Assembly (NCBI GenBank): GCA_963712325.1 | Contig: CAVQHG010000005.1 | Location: 23,804 to 87,803, forward strand | DNA length: 64,000 bases | Direction of reading: 5' to 3' | Source of the DNA: an uncultured Solirubrobacterales bacterium | GTDB lineage: Bacteria; Actinomycetota; Thermoleophilia; Solirubrobacterales; 70-9 | In this document: positions 39,316 to 52,269 of the stretch, in pieces | How positions within the stretch are numbered: the first letter of the stretch is position 1 | Layout of the letters: every line of letters starts with the position of its first letter | Translations under genes and position numbers: made by a program | Notes under the pieces: generated by a model | Told to the model about the DNA's origin: nothing | The model's database searches: none | What the model saw: the letters and a program-made list of their open reading frames with translations, nothing else

Positions 39316-39689
39316 CGCCCGATGATGCCGGTTCGGCGCTAGACTGCGTCGCCGATGGCAACCTCCCGCGGACAGATCGTCGCCTCGCAGCTGTCCGTCG
39401 TGGAGAAAATCGGCGCCGAGCTCGTCAGCTCGGTCGTCGCCTGAGCGCCAAGCAACGCCCGCCGGCCAAGACGAGGAGAGGGGACGCGGCGGAGGCGTTG
39501 GAGGCCGTCCCGAACCCCTCGAGGCAGTGGCAGGAAGTGCTGCGAACCGTCGCCGGCAACGGCTTCGGCCCCAACGGCGGTCGAGGCGTCCGGAGCTCGA
39601 GGTCCCCCGACCCGGACGGCGAGCGCCGCCCCTGGATGTCTGGATGATGGATTCCTGACTCCCCCATGCCCGAATCAGGAATCAATCTT

Positions 39690-40427
39690 CTAGTGCCCCG
39701 GGCCCAGCTCGCAGCCGTGTGACTTGCCGCGGCCGGGGCCGCCGTCGCAGTAGTCGCGGCCCGGCCCTCCGTAGAGCTGGTCGGCGCCCGGGCCGCCGAA
39801 GAGGCGGTCGTTGCCGGGACCCCCGTGGCAGCCGTCTTCGCCGGCGCCCATGAAGCATTCGTCGTTGCCGGGGCCGCCGAAGCAGCCGTCGCTGCCACCG
39901 CGGTGCCGGCAGTAGTCGTCGCCCGGGCCCCCGACGCAGTCGGTGTTCTTCCGCCCGGTGATGCAGATGTCGTCGCCTCCCCCGCCTATGCAGCGGTTGC
40001 GTTTCGTCCCTTCCGGATAGCAGGTGTCCGGCTCGCCGTTGCCGATCAGCATGTCCGAGCCGGCACCGAGGCGGACGGTGAGCGGCATCGGCAGGCGATC
40101 GGCGACCTCGACCTTGTCGTCCTCGGGGCCCATCACGATTTCGATCCCGCCCGCGTGGGCGACGGGGCACGTCGTCCGCCCCCTCGCCCTCCTGCAACTC
40201 GAGGGGGCGGCCCCGATGCGGCCGCTCACCTCGACCACGCGACCACGAGCCAGGAGGGTCAGGTGCGAGGAGCTGAGCGGGCCGTGGACGACGATCATCC
40301 TCTCGGGGACGGCTTCGGCCGGCTCGAGCATCGCCAGCGCCGCCACGCACAGCACCAGCAGCGGGATCGCCCGGCGCGCGCCGCCCCGCGCCATCGCCAC
40401 CGCCCGGATGCCGGACTCCGCGCCCAT
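39690..40427 (-). CDS. secreted Cys-rich protein with RTX-like GGxGxD repeats
   Basis: Signal peptide (ARRAIPLLVLCVAALAMLEPAEA; alternative ATG at 40394). The C-terminal 110 aa are GGGGDDICI/GGPGDDYCR/GGSDGCF/GGPGNDECF/GAGEDGCH/GGPGNDRLF/GGPGADQLY/GGPGRDYCD. Confidence 0.6.
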   Translation of the reverse strand: MGAESGIRAVAMARGGARRAIPLLVLCVAALAMLEPAEAVPERMIVVHGPLSSSHLTLLARGRVVEVSGRIGAAPSSCRRARGRTTCPVAHAGGIEIVMGPEDDKVEVADRLPMPLTVRLGAGSDMLIGNGEPDTCYPEGTKRNRCIGGGGDDICITGRKNTDCVGGPGDDYCRHRGGSDGCFGGPGNDECFMGAGEDGCHGGPGNDRLFGGPGADQLYGGPGRDYCDGGPGRGKSHGCELGPGH

Positions 40428-40552
40428 ACCGGCAACGTCTAACAGACGGGGGCGAGGGAAGTCGTGCCGGAGGCCGTGTTTCACCCGTCGGGTTGTGGGT
40501 AACTCACGGGTGAGACACGTCGGCCACACCCCCCATAGCGGCCGGCGTCCAG

Positions 40553-40611
40553 CTCTCTCCCTGTAGTGACCCAGGCCGGTGCCTCGTCCTCCCCGACGGG
40601 GCACCGGTCTG
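40553..40611. repeat. box+hairpin element, copy 4 (divergent hairpin)
   Basis: CTCTCTCCCTGTAGTGACCCAG followed by the hairpin CCGGTGCC-N16-GGCACCGG. It lies in the divergent spacer between the RTX-like gene and the epimerase gene. Confidence 0.7.
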
Positions 40612-40662
40612 CATGGAGACACCCGAGGATTGAGATCCGGCCGAGCGGGGTAGGGTCGCGGC

Positions 40663-41595
40663 GTGATGGGGGGAACGGGAACCGGTTCCGGGGAGAAGAG
40701 CAGCTTCCCCCCCACGCGGGCTGCGGTGACGGGAGCGAGCGGCTACCTCGGAGGGCTGGTCGCGACGCGGCTGGTTGCGGGCGGCTGGGACGTCGTCGGC
40801 CTCGGCCGGCGCCCGGTGAGCCAGCCCGGCGTCACCCATGCCGACTACCGGCTCGGCGACCGGCCGGGGCTCGCTTCCCTGACCGGCGTAGATGTCCTGA
40901 TCCACTGCGCCTGGGACTTCGGCCAGCGGAGCTGGAAGGCCGTCGAGTCGATCAACGTGCAGGGGACCCGGCTCCTGTTCGAGGCGGCGACGGAGGCGGG
41001 CGTGCCCAGAATCGTCCACGTCTCGACGGTGAGCGCCTCGGGCGTGCCGCGGTCGATGTACGGCCGGGCGAAGCTGTTCACGGAGGCGGCCGCGCTGGAG
41101 ATGGGCGGAAGCGTGGTCCGGCCCGGGCTGCTCTATGGCGCATCGCCGGGGGGGATGGTCGGAATGCTGACGGCGCTGGTGCGCGCCCTGCCGATCGTGC
41201 CGATCCTCGTCGGCGCCGACCGCCCGCTCTTCCTCGCCCACGAGGAAGACGTGACCGAGCTGATCGCGATGGTCGCCGACGGCTCCGAGTGGAGCCCCGG
41301 CGCCCCGCTCGTCGCGGCTTCCCGCGACCCGCACAGCCTGCGTGAGGTGCTCGGCGCCATCGCCGAGGCCCAGGACCGGCGGCGCACCTACGTCAGGGTC
41401 CCCTGGCAGGCCGCCTACGGTCCGCTGCGGGCGGCGGAGCTGCTGCGGGTCCCCCTGCCGATGCGCTCCGACAGCGCCCTCAGCATCGCGACCCTCGACC
41501 CCGACCCCTTCGCCTGGGGGTACGCGCCCCGCAGCGCCTCGTTCAGGCCCTTCGAACCGTCCGCCCTGCGGGCGGGGGGTGCCGAGGGCCTTTGA
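40663..41595 (+). CDS. NAD-dependent epimerase/dehydratase family protein
   Basis: Rossmann motif VTGASGYLGGLVATRLVAGGWDVVGLGR. 310 aa. GTG 40663 or ATG 40666. Confidence 0.7.
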   Translation: MMGGTGTGSGEKSSFPPTRAAVTGASGYLGGLVATRLVAGGWDVVGLGRRPVSQPGVTHADYRLGDRPGLASLTGVDVLIHCAWDFGQRSWKAVESINVQGTRLLFEAATEAGVPRIVHVSTVSASGVPRSMYGRAKLFTEAAALEMGGSVVRPGLLYGASPGGMVGMLTALVRALPIVPILVGADRPLFLAHEEDVTELIAMVADGSEWSPGAPLVAASRDPHSLREVLGAIAEAQDRRRTYVRVPWQAAYGPLRAAELLRVPLPMRSDSALSIATLDPDPFAWGYAPRSASFRPFEPSALRAGGAEGL

Positions 41596-43178
41596 ACGTC
41601 GTCGTCGGCTCCGGGCCGACCGGAGTCGCCTGCGCCCTCGAGCTGGCCGACCGAGGCGAGGACGTGACGATCCTCGACGTCGGACGCGGGCCCGACGAGG
41701 AGAAGGCGCGCCGGTACGCGCCGCTCGCCGACCTCCCTCCCTCCGACTGGGACCCGCAGCTGATCGAGGACCTGCGGGCGGAGTTCTCGGTGAGCCGGGA
41801 CCAGCTGCCGCTGAAACCGGTGCTCGGCTCGCTGCACCCGTACGCGACGACCGATCCCAGCGCCCCCCGTCCCGGCAGTGGCATCGGCGCCACGCCCTCG
41901 AACGCGCGCGGGGGGCTGAGCACCGCCTGGGGCGCGGCGATCCTCCCCTATCGGGAGTCCGACATTGCCGACTGGCCGCTCGGCCTCGAAGACCTCGTCC
42001 CCTTCTACCGCTCGGTTCTCCGCTTCATGCCCATCGCCGCGCGGCGCGACCGGCTCGAGGCCGAGTTCCCGCTCTACGTCGACGGGCGACCCGCCGACGT
42101 CGAGCCGACCCCCCAGATCGATGCCTTCCTCGGCGACCTCGACCGCGGCGCGGAGCGCCTGCGCGACGAGGGAGTTCTGGCGGGGCGGGCGCGGATCGCG
42201 GTGCGCACCGAGGACGACGGCGGCGGCCGCGGCTGCCGCCGCACCGGCCTCTGCCTGCACGGCTGCCCGCTCGGCGCGGTGTGGTCGGCGGAGCAGATGC
42301 TCGGCGCCCTCGCCGCCCGCCCCAACGTCAGCTATGTCCCGGACCGCCGCGTTGAGCGCTTCGAGGAGGGCCCCGACTCGGTGCGAGTCACCGCCCGGAC
42401 CGCGGTCGGCGACGAGGAGGAGGTGCGCGCGGCGCGGCTCTTCGTCGCCGCCGGAGCACTGCCGACGACGCGCCTGGTGCTCCGCTCGCTGGACGCGGCG
42501 GGCGAGCGGGTGGAGCTCGCCGACTCCCAGTACTACACGTTCCCGCTGCTGCGCAGCCGCGGGGCCGACGTCGGCGTCGACCGCCTCGGCAACACCCTCG
42601 CGCAGGCCTTCCTGGAGGTGAACGACGAGAGCGACCCGCGACGCTCCGCCCATGTCCAGGTCTACGGGTACAGCGCCCTGATGCTGAGGGAGGTCGCCTC
42701 CACCGTGCACCTGCCTCCCGGCCTGGTCGAGAGGGTGGGCCGCCCGCTGCTCTCCCGCCTGCTCTTCTGCCAGGGCTACCTGCACTCGGACCGCTCGCGG
42801 CGGATCGGCGCGGAGCTCGACGGCGGAGAGCCGTCGGGGCCGCTGCGGCTCTGGCCGCTCGGATCGGCCGAGCTGACCGCGGAGGCCGTCGGCGCGGTGC
42901 TCGCCCGGATCGGGCGGGTCGCGGGAGCGCTGCGCGCGCGGCCGCTTCGGCCGCTGCTGCGGATATGGGAGCCGGGGCGCGGGATCCACGTCGGGGGCGG
43001 CTTCCCGATGCGGGAGAGCCCCTCGGGGCTGGAGACCGACCTCCTCGGCCGGCCGGCCGGCCTGCGCCGCGTCCACCTCGTCGACTCCAGCGTCTTCCCG
43101 ACGGTGCCGCCGACGACGATCACCCTGACGGCGATGGCGAACGCGCAACGGATCGCCGCGGGCCGTGACCTCGGCTAG
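41592..43178 (+). CDS. FAD-dependent GMC-family oxidoreductase
   Basis: The TTG start overlaps the upstream stop. VVVGSGPTGVACALELADRGEDVTILDVG dinucleotide fold. GMC C-terminal signature VHLVDSSVFPTVPPTTITLTAMANAQRIA. Confidence 0.7.
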   Translation: MNVVVGSGPTGVACALELADRGEDVTILDVGRGPDEEKARRYAPLADLPPSDWDPQLIEDLRAEFSVSRDQLPLKPVLGSLHPYATTDPSAPRPGSGIGATPSNARGGLSTAWGAAILPYRESDIADWPLGLEDLVPFYRSVLRFMPIAARRDRLEAEFPLYVDGRPADVEPTPQIDAFLGDLDRGAERLRDEGVLAGRARIAVRTEDDGGGRGCRRTGLCLHGCPLGAVWSAEQMLGALAARPNVSYVPDRRVERFEEGPDSVRVTARTAVGDEEEVRAARLFVAAGALPTTRLVLRSLDAAGERVELADSQYYTFPLLRSRGADVGVDRLGNTLAQAFLEVNDESDPRRSAHVQVYGYSALMLREVASTVHLPPGLVERVGRPLLSRLLFCQGYLHSDRSRRIGAELDGGEPSGPLRLWPLGSAELTAEAVGAVLARIGRVAGALRARPLRPLLRIWEPGRGIHVGGGFPMRESPSGLETDLLGRPAGLRRVHLVDSSVFPTVPPTTITLTAMANAQRIAAGRDLG

Positions 43179-43238
43179 CCCGACGGCGAATCCGGGCAGC
43201 GGCCCGCCCCACTGCCGGGACCGCTGACCAGAGATACA

Positions 43239-43316
43239 CGTCTCTTCTCCCTGTAGTAACCCCAGCGATGCCCGGCTCGCAGGGAGCCGGGCCTCCTGCT
43301 CGTCACTGAAGAGACG
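43239..43316. repeat. box+hairpin element, copy 3, enclosed by a 9-bp outer stem
   Basis: TCTCTTCTCCCTGTAGTAACCCCAG plus the hairpin GCCCGGCTC-gcagg-GAGCCGGGC. CGTCTCTTC (43239-43247) pairs with GAAGAGACG (43308-43316). It lies between the convergent GMC oxidoreductase and dxs genes. Confidence 0.7.
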
Positions 43317-43352
43317 GCGGAAAGCTACATGATTGAGCGCATTGGTTCAAGC

Positions 43353-46881
<3,529 letters not shown>

Positions 46882-46889
<8 letters not shown>

Positions 46890-47442
46890 GGGAGACGTAC
46901 TCGCCGCTGCGGGTGTCGATCCGGACGACCTCGCCCTCCTCGATGAAGAGGGGACCTGGACCGACGACGCCCGACTCGAGCGTCGCCGGCTTGCTGCCGC
47001 CGCCGGAGGCCGTGTCCCCCTTGAGGCCGGGGTCGGTGTCCGTCACCTTCATCTCGACCGCACTGGGGACCTGCACGTCGCTGGGGCGTTCGTCGACGAA
47101 GAGCACGTCGACCTCGGCGTTGGGCAGCAACCACCGCATGGCCTCGCCGACCACGTCCCGGGGAATCTCGATCTGCTCGTAGTCGCCGTTGTCCATGAAG
47201 ACGGCGGCGTCGCCGGAGTCGTAGAGGTACTGCATCTTGCGCGACTCGGTGCGCACCGGGCGGAACTTCTCCCCGGCGCGGAAGGTCTTGTCCTGGACCG
47301 AGCCGTCCTCGAGCTTGCGCAGCCTCGTGCGCACGAAGGCGCCGCCCTTGCCGGGCTTCACGTGCTGGAACTCGACGATCTTGTAGATCGTCCCGTCGAT
47401 CTCGATGTGAGACCCGTTCTTGAACTGGTTTGTGGAAATCAC
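46882..47442 (-). CDS. efp: elongation factor P
   Basis: GTG 47442 gives (M)ISTNQFKNGSHIEIDGTIYKIVEFQHVKPGKGGAFVRTRLR, which is canonical EF-P. Confidence 0.95.
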
Positions 47443-47533
47443 CGTCGCGAATCCTAGACAGACCACCGCATGGTTCGCGCTCGACCCGGGTTACTGGGAT
47501 GACGGGATGTAATCTTCCGAGCGCAGGGGAGCT

Positions 47534-48033
47534 ATGAGAGCACGTTCGACGACAGTTGCGCTGACGATTGCCGCCGCGCTCGCGGTCGCGATTCCGGCGC
47601 AGGCCGAAGATCCTGTCCGGGAGCGGACCCGACCCGCGACGAATACGTCGCCGAAGTCGACCCGATCTGTCACAAGAACACGAACTCCAACAAGTCGATC
47701 CTGAAGGCGGCGCGGAGGAACGTGAAGAAGAAGCACCTGCCCGCGGCCGGCCAGCAACTTCCTCAAGGTCTCGAGGAACTTCGGCCACTCGCTGAAGGCG
47801 ATCGAAGCGGTGCCGCGGCCCAGCGCCGACAGCGCCCGCCTGGAAAAGTGGTTCACCTTCCTCAAGCGCGTGCAGAAGAACCTGGCGAAGATCGGCAAGG
47901 CGCTGAAGCACAAGAACCGGGTCCGGGCCTCGCACGAAAAGATCCGCACCGAACGGAGCAGCAACGCCGCCAACAACGTCAGCTTCGTCTTCGGCTTCAA
48001 GTACTGCCACCTGCCCCCGCCCAGTTCAGGTAG
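47534..48033 (+). pseudogene. secreted hypothetical protein, about 2 frameshifts as sequenced
   Basis: Signal peptide MRARSTTVALTIAAALAVAIPAQA, then DEYVAEVDPICHKNTNSNKSILKAARRNVKKKHL, then SADSARLEKWFTFLKRVQKNLAKIGKAL...FGFKYC. The three pieces are in three frames. Confidence 0.45.
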
Positions 48034-48057
48034 GGCGACTCGCCGCCGCCCGGCCGG

Positions 48058-48879
48058 TCAGCCGGCCCGCTTCCGTTCTTCGGCGGTGCTGGTCGTCAGC
48101 GCTGCGGCCGCCCCTCCGGAGAGCACCCTGCGGACCAGGCCCGGAGAGAGCACCCGGGCGACCGCCGCCAGCGCGTAGGGCCGCGGCACGTAGCGCTCGG
48201 CGCGGCCACCGGGGCCGGCCTCGAGGATCGCCTCGGCCACCCGCTCGGGCCGGGAGACGAGCCAGCGGGTCAGTGCCCGCTCGCGCAGCTCGGTCGCCGG
48301 GAAGCCCTCGGTCTCGATGTAGCCGGGGAGCACCAGGCCGACGTGGACGCCCGCCGCCCGCTCCTCCGCGTAGAGCGCGTCGGTCCAGCCGACCAGGGCG
48401 AACTTGCTCGCCGAGTAGGACCCGGTGCGGGCGCGGGCCACGCGGCCGGCGGTGCTGGCGACGTTGACGATCGAGGAGGGTGCCGAGGCGCGCAGCGCCG
48501 GCAGCAGCGCCTCGGTGAGCCTGACGACGGCGTCGAAGTTGAGCTGCATGTGGCGGCTGACGTTCTCGTGCCCGCCCTCGGCGAAGGAGGCGCGCCATGA
48601 GGCGCCGGCGTTGTTGACGAGCAGCGTCGGGCGGCCGCCGAGGCGCTCCTCGACGTGGCCGGCAACTCGAGCGGGTGCGTCCTCGTCGGTGAGGTCGACG
48701 GCCACGTGGCTTGCCTCGCAGGGCAGCGAGTCGGCCAGCGCCCGGAGGCGATCCTCGCGCCTGGCGACGAGAACCAGCTCGGCTCCCGGCTCCCGCGCAA
48801 GCCGCCTCGCGGTCGCCTCGCCGATGCCGCTCGAGGCACCGGTGATCACGGCTCTCATCGAATTGTCCACTTCGGCCAA
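48058..48879 (-). CDS. short-chain dehydrogenase/reductase (SDR)
   Basis: ITGASSGIGEATA, NNAG, YSASKFAL. The alternative start at 48858 (MRAVITG) is equally plausible. Confidence 0.8.
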   Translation of the reverse strand: MAEVDNSMRAVITGASSGIGEATARRLAREPGAELVLVARREDRLRALADSLPCEASHVAVDLTDEDAPARVAGHVEERLGGRPTLLVNNAGASWRASFAEGGHENVSRHMQLNFDAVVRLTEALLPALRASAPSSIVNVASTAGRVARARTGSYSASKFALVGWTDALYAEERAAGVHVGLVLPGYIETEGFPATELRERALTRWLVSRPERVAEAILEAGPGGRAERYVPRPYALAAVARVLSPGLVRRVLSGGAAAALTTSTAEERKRAG

Positions 48880-48937
48880 GTCACCCGGATCTTCTGTACA
48901 AAGTGTTTTGCACTAGCCAGGCATACTGCCGACCGCG

Positions 48938-50079
48938 ATGGCCGAGACGCCCGAACTGCTCGACAACCTACTCCGAATCGGAGCGCCCTCGGGTACGAGT
49001 CCCCCGCCGCGGACGCCTGGCGCGACGCGGCGGGGTCCTTCGCGGCGCTCTCCAGCGACGGACTCGGCTCCAGCGTCGCGCGGGTGGGCGAGCAGCGTCC
49101 GCTGCTTGCCGTCGTCGGCCACATCGACGAGATCGGCCTCGTCATCACCCACGTCGACGAGAAGGGCTTCCTGTACTTCAACCCGATCGGCGGCTGGGAC
49201 CCGCAGATCCTGGTCGGACAGCGGGTCGAGGTGCGCGGCAGGGACGGCCTGGTGCCCGGAGTGGTGGGGCGCAAGCCGATCCACCTGCTCGACCCCGACC
49301 AGCGCAAGAAGGTGGTCGAGCTGAAAGCGCTGCACGTCGACATCGGCGCCGCCGACCGCGAGGAGGCGGCGGAGCTGGTCAGGGTCGGCGACCCGGCGGT
49401 GATCGCCGCCGAGCCGGTGCGGCTTGCCGGCGACCGGCTGATCTCGCGCTCGATGGATAACAGGCTCGGGGCCTACGTCGCGCTGGAGGCGCTGCGACGC
49501 TGCCACGAGCGCGGCTCGCTGAAGGCGAGCTTCGCGGCGATCGCCGCGGTCCAGGAGGAGATCGGCCTGTTCGGCGCCCGCACCTCCGCCTTCGAGGTGC
49601 GGCCCGACCTGGCGATCGCGGTCGACGTCACCCACGCGACCGACGCGCCGGGAGTCGACGAGAAGGAGGTCGGCAGCCATCCGCTCGGCTCGGGGCCGGT
49701 GATCGGCCGCGGGTCGACCCTCTCCCCGAAGCTGTTCGAGCTGCTGGTCGAGACCGCCGAAGCGGAGGGGATCGACCACTCGATCGGCGCCAGCGGCCGC
49801 GGCACCAGCACCGACGCCGACATGATCCAGATCTCGCGCTCGGGCATCCCCACCGGCCTCGTCTCGATCCCCCTGCGCTACATGCACTCCCCGGTCGAGC
49901 TGGTCGACCTCGGCGACCTCGAGGCGACGGTCGAGCTGATCGCCGCCTTCGCGGCGCGGGTGGAGGACGGGATCGACCTCTCGCGCTGGCGGCCCCACGC
50001 CGAGCCGAGCAAGGACCAGCCAGGCTCCTCGCGGACGCCCCGGGAATGGTCGGCAGGCCCGCGCCGCCCTGGCTCGTGA
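48938..50079 (+). pseudogene. M42-family aminopeptidase (FrvX/glutamyl aminopeptidase-like), one frameshift near 48992 as sequenced
   Basis: MAETPELLDNLLRIGAPSG | YESPAADAWRDAAGSF...VVGHIDEIGLVITHVDEKGFLYFNPIGGWDPQ...SMDNRLGAY...AVQEEIGLFGA. The break is at a G-run (48991-48993). Confidence 0.8.
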
Positions 50080-50087
50080 GAGTGGTG

Positions 50088-51131
50088 CTATGCGGCCGCG
50101 TAGACCATGTCGCGCCCGCCGGCCTTGGCCGCGTAGAGAGCCTGGTCTGCACGGTGGACGAGGGCGTCGCTGTCGAGCCCGCCCGGTGGCGATACCGCGA
50201 CCCCGACGCTGACGGTCATCGAGACGCCGGCCGGATGCAGGTCGCGGACCGCGAGGCGCAGGCGCTCGGCGATGCCGAGCGCGTCATCGCGCGTGGCGCC
50301 GGGCAGGACCACGAGGATCTCCTCCCCTCCGACCCGGTAGATCGAGTCGCCGGCGCGCAACGAGGAGCGCATCGCCTCGGCGACCTCCTGGAGGACCCGG
50401 TCGCCGGCGCCGTGCCCGAGCACGTCGTTGACCCGCTTGAAGTGATCGAGATCGCAGAGCAGCAGCGCGTGCGAGGACCGCGGGTCGCCGGCGGCGCCGA
50501 CCTCGAGCTCGGCGAGCCTCAGCTCCAGCGCGTTGCGGTTGAACAGGCCTGTGAGCGGGTCGACGGTCGAGCGCCGGCGATGGGCCCGGTCGGATTCGAC
50601 CAGCGCCCCCGAGAGGGTCACCGTGCAGAGCAGCAGCGCGGCGGCGGCGATCACCGACTGCTGCTCGGAGGACGTCGCCGCCGGGTCGATCGTCGTGCTG
50701 ATCAGGAGCAGGGCGAGGATGTAGGCGGTCCCGAAGATGATCCCGCGCGGGTCGAAGCGCGCACCCAGCGTCACCGCGGGCAGCGCGAACCACATCAGCG
50801 CGGGGCTGCCGGCGCCGCCGGTGGCGATCACAGCGCCGCACAGGATCAGCGGGGTCAGAGCCCAGGCGGCGCCGATCCAGAGCGCCGGCCGCGGGCTATG
50901 GCGCATGAAGCGGTCGGCGACGGCGAAGGCGGCGAAGGCGAACGCCATCGGGGCAAACCACCACCAGCCCAGGTCGGGGGCGAGCGGGACAAGGCCGAGG
51001 GCGAGGATCGCGAAGCAGGCGGCCCGGTAACGGCGCAGGCGCAGCTCCATGTCGAGCAGCCGCTCGCGGCGGGCCGACTCGCGACTGCCGGCGAGCGGCT
51101 CGGCGCTGGCCTGCGTGGAGGTGGCGATCAT
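50088..51131 (-). CDS. membrane-bound diguanylate cyclase (GGDEF domain, GGEEI variant)
   Basis: About 5-6 N-terminal TM segments, then DPLTGLFNRNAL...LLLCDLDHFKRVNDVLGHGAGDRVL...YRVGGEEILVVLPG...ADQALYAAKAGGRD. Confidence 0.85.
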   Translation of the reverse strand: MIATSTQASAEPLAGSRESARRERLLDMELRLRRYRAACFAILALGLVPLAPDLGWWWFAPMAFAFAAFAVADRFMRHSPRPALWIGAAWALTPLILCGAVIATGGAGSPALMWFALPAVTLGARFDPRGIIFGTAYILALLLISTTIDPAATSSEQQSVIAAAALLLCTVTLSGALVESDRAHRRRSTVDPLTGLFNRNALELRLAELEVGAAGDPRSSHALLLCDLDHFKRVNDVLGHGAGDRVLQEVAEAMRSSLRAGDSIYRVGGEEILVVLPGATRDDALGIAERLRLAVRDLHPAGVSMTVSVGVAVSPPGGLDSDALVHRADQALYAAKAGGRDMVYAAA

Positions 51132-51210
51132 CCGCTGCAGATCGGCCAGAGGCCGACCTGCGGTGAGAACTGCACGCCCAGACCCTTAGGGCTGCAGCGA
51201 ATCGCCCCGA

Positions 51211-52269
51211 TCAGGCGACGACCTGGAGCTGCTTCGGAAGGCCGCTGAGGTTGCGGTGGCCCTCCTCGGTGACGACCACCAGGTCCTCGATGCGCACCCC
51301 GAGCTCGCCGGGCAGGTAGATGCCGGGCTCGACGGTCACCACCTCCCCCGCCGCGAGCGTGTCCTCCGAGCGCTGTGAGAGCCGCGGCGCCTCGTGGACC
51401 TCGAGGCCGACGCCGTGACCGAGCCCATGGCCGAAGCGCTCGCCGTGGCCGGCCGCCGCGATCGGCTCCCGGGCCGCACCGTCGACGGCCTCGCCCTCGA
51501 CCCCTGCGCGGATCGCGGCCAGCGCCTTCGCCTGCGCCTCGAGGACGACGTCATAGACCTCGCGGCCGCGTTCGCCCGGCTCCCCGCAGGCGAAGGTGCG
51601 GGTGCCGTCGGAGCAGTAGCCGTCGAGGCGGGCGCCCATGTCGAAGACGACCAGCTCGCCCTCGCCGATGCGCCGCTCGCCCGGCTCGGCGTGGGGAAGG
51701 GCGCCGTTGGGACCGGCCGCGACGATCACCGGGAAGGAGGGCTCGGCGCCGAGCTCGCGGATCCGCGCTTCCGCTGCGGCCGCCACCTCGCGCTCCTCGC
51801 GCCCGCCCAGCCCACGTTCGAGGCTCCAGCCCCAGACCTCGTCGGCAAGCTCCGCCGCCGCTGCGATCGAGGCCAGCTCGCCCTCGTCCTTGACCCGACG
51901 GAGCCGCTCCACCGCGCCCCCGGCCGGAGCCATCTCCACGCCCTCGGGAAGCTTCTCCTCGAGGCGGCGCAGGAAGCGGACCGAGACGTGGTCGTCCTCG
52001 AAGCCGACCCGACCCGAGAAGCGGGCGGCGATGCCGCCGAGCCAGTCGTCGACGACGGTGACCACCTGCCACCCCTCGACCTCCGACTCAGCCCGCTCGG
52101 TGTAGCGGAAGTCGGTGAAGAAGAGGCGCGTGTCGCCGCCGCAGAGACAGGCGCCGTTGGTGCCGCCGAAGCCGGTCAGGTAGCGGACGTTGACCAGGTC
52201 GGTTACGAGGATCGCCTCTAGCCCGCGCTCGGCGGCCTCTGCCGCAAGGCGGTCGCCGCGGCCGCGCAT
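51211..52269 (-). CDS. pepQ: Xaa-Pro aminopeptidase/dipeptidase (M24B)
   Basis: NVRYLTGF creatinase-like N-terminus. M24 ligands in FDMGARLDGYCSD...GHGLGHGVGLEVHE...TVEPGIY. The position between aroQ and efp matches other actinobacteria. Confidence 0.85.
   Translation of the reverse strand: MRGRGDRLAAEAAERGLEAILVTDLVNVRYLTGFGGTNGACLCGGDTRLFFTDFRYTERAESEVEGWQVVTVVDDWLGGIAARFSGRVGFEDDHVSVRFLRRLEEKLPEGVEMAPAGGAVERLRRVKDEGELASIAAAAELADEVWGWSLERGLGGREEREVAAAAEARIRELGAEPSFPVIVAAGPNGALPHAEPGERRIGEGELVVFDMGARLDGYCSDGTRTFACGEPGERGREVYDVVLEAQAKALAAIRAGVEGEAVDGAAREPIAAAGHGERFGHGLGHGVGLEVHEAPRLSQRSEDTLAAGEVVTVEPGIYLPGELGVRIEDLVVVTEEGHRNLSGLPKQLQVVA

Noticed and set aside
39355-39444. 29-codon plus-strand ORF (MATSRGQIVASQLSVVEKIGAELVSSVVA) divergent from the zinc-ribbon gene.
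   Set aside because: It has no SD and no recognisable motif, and it is short enough to arise by chance.
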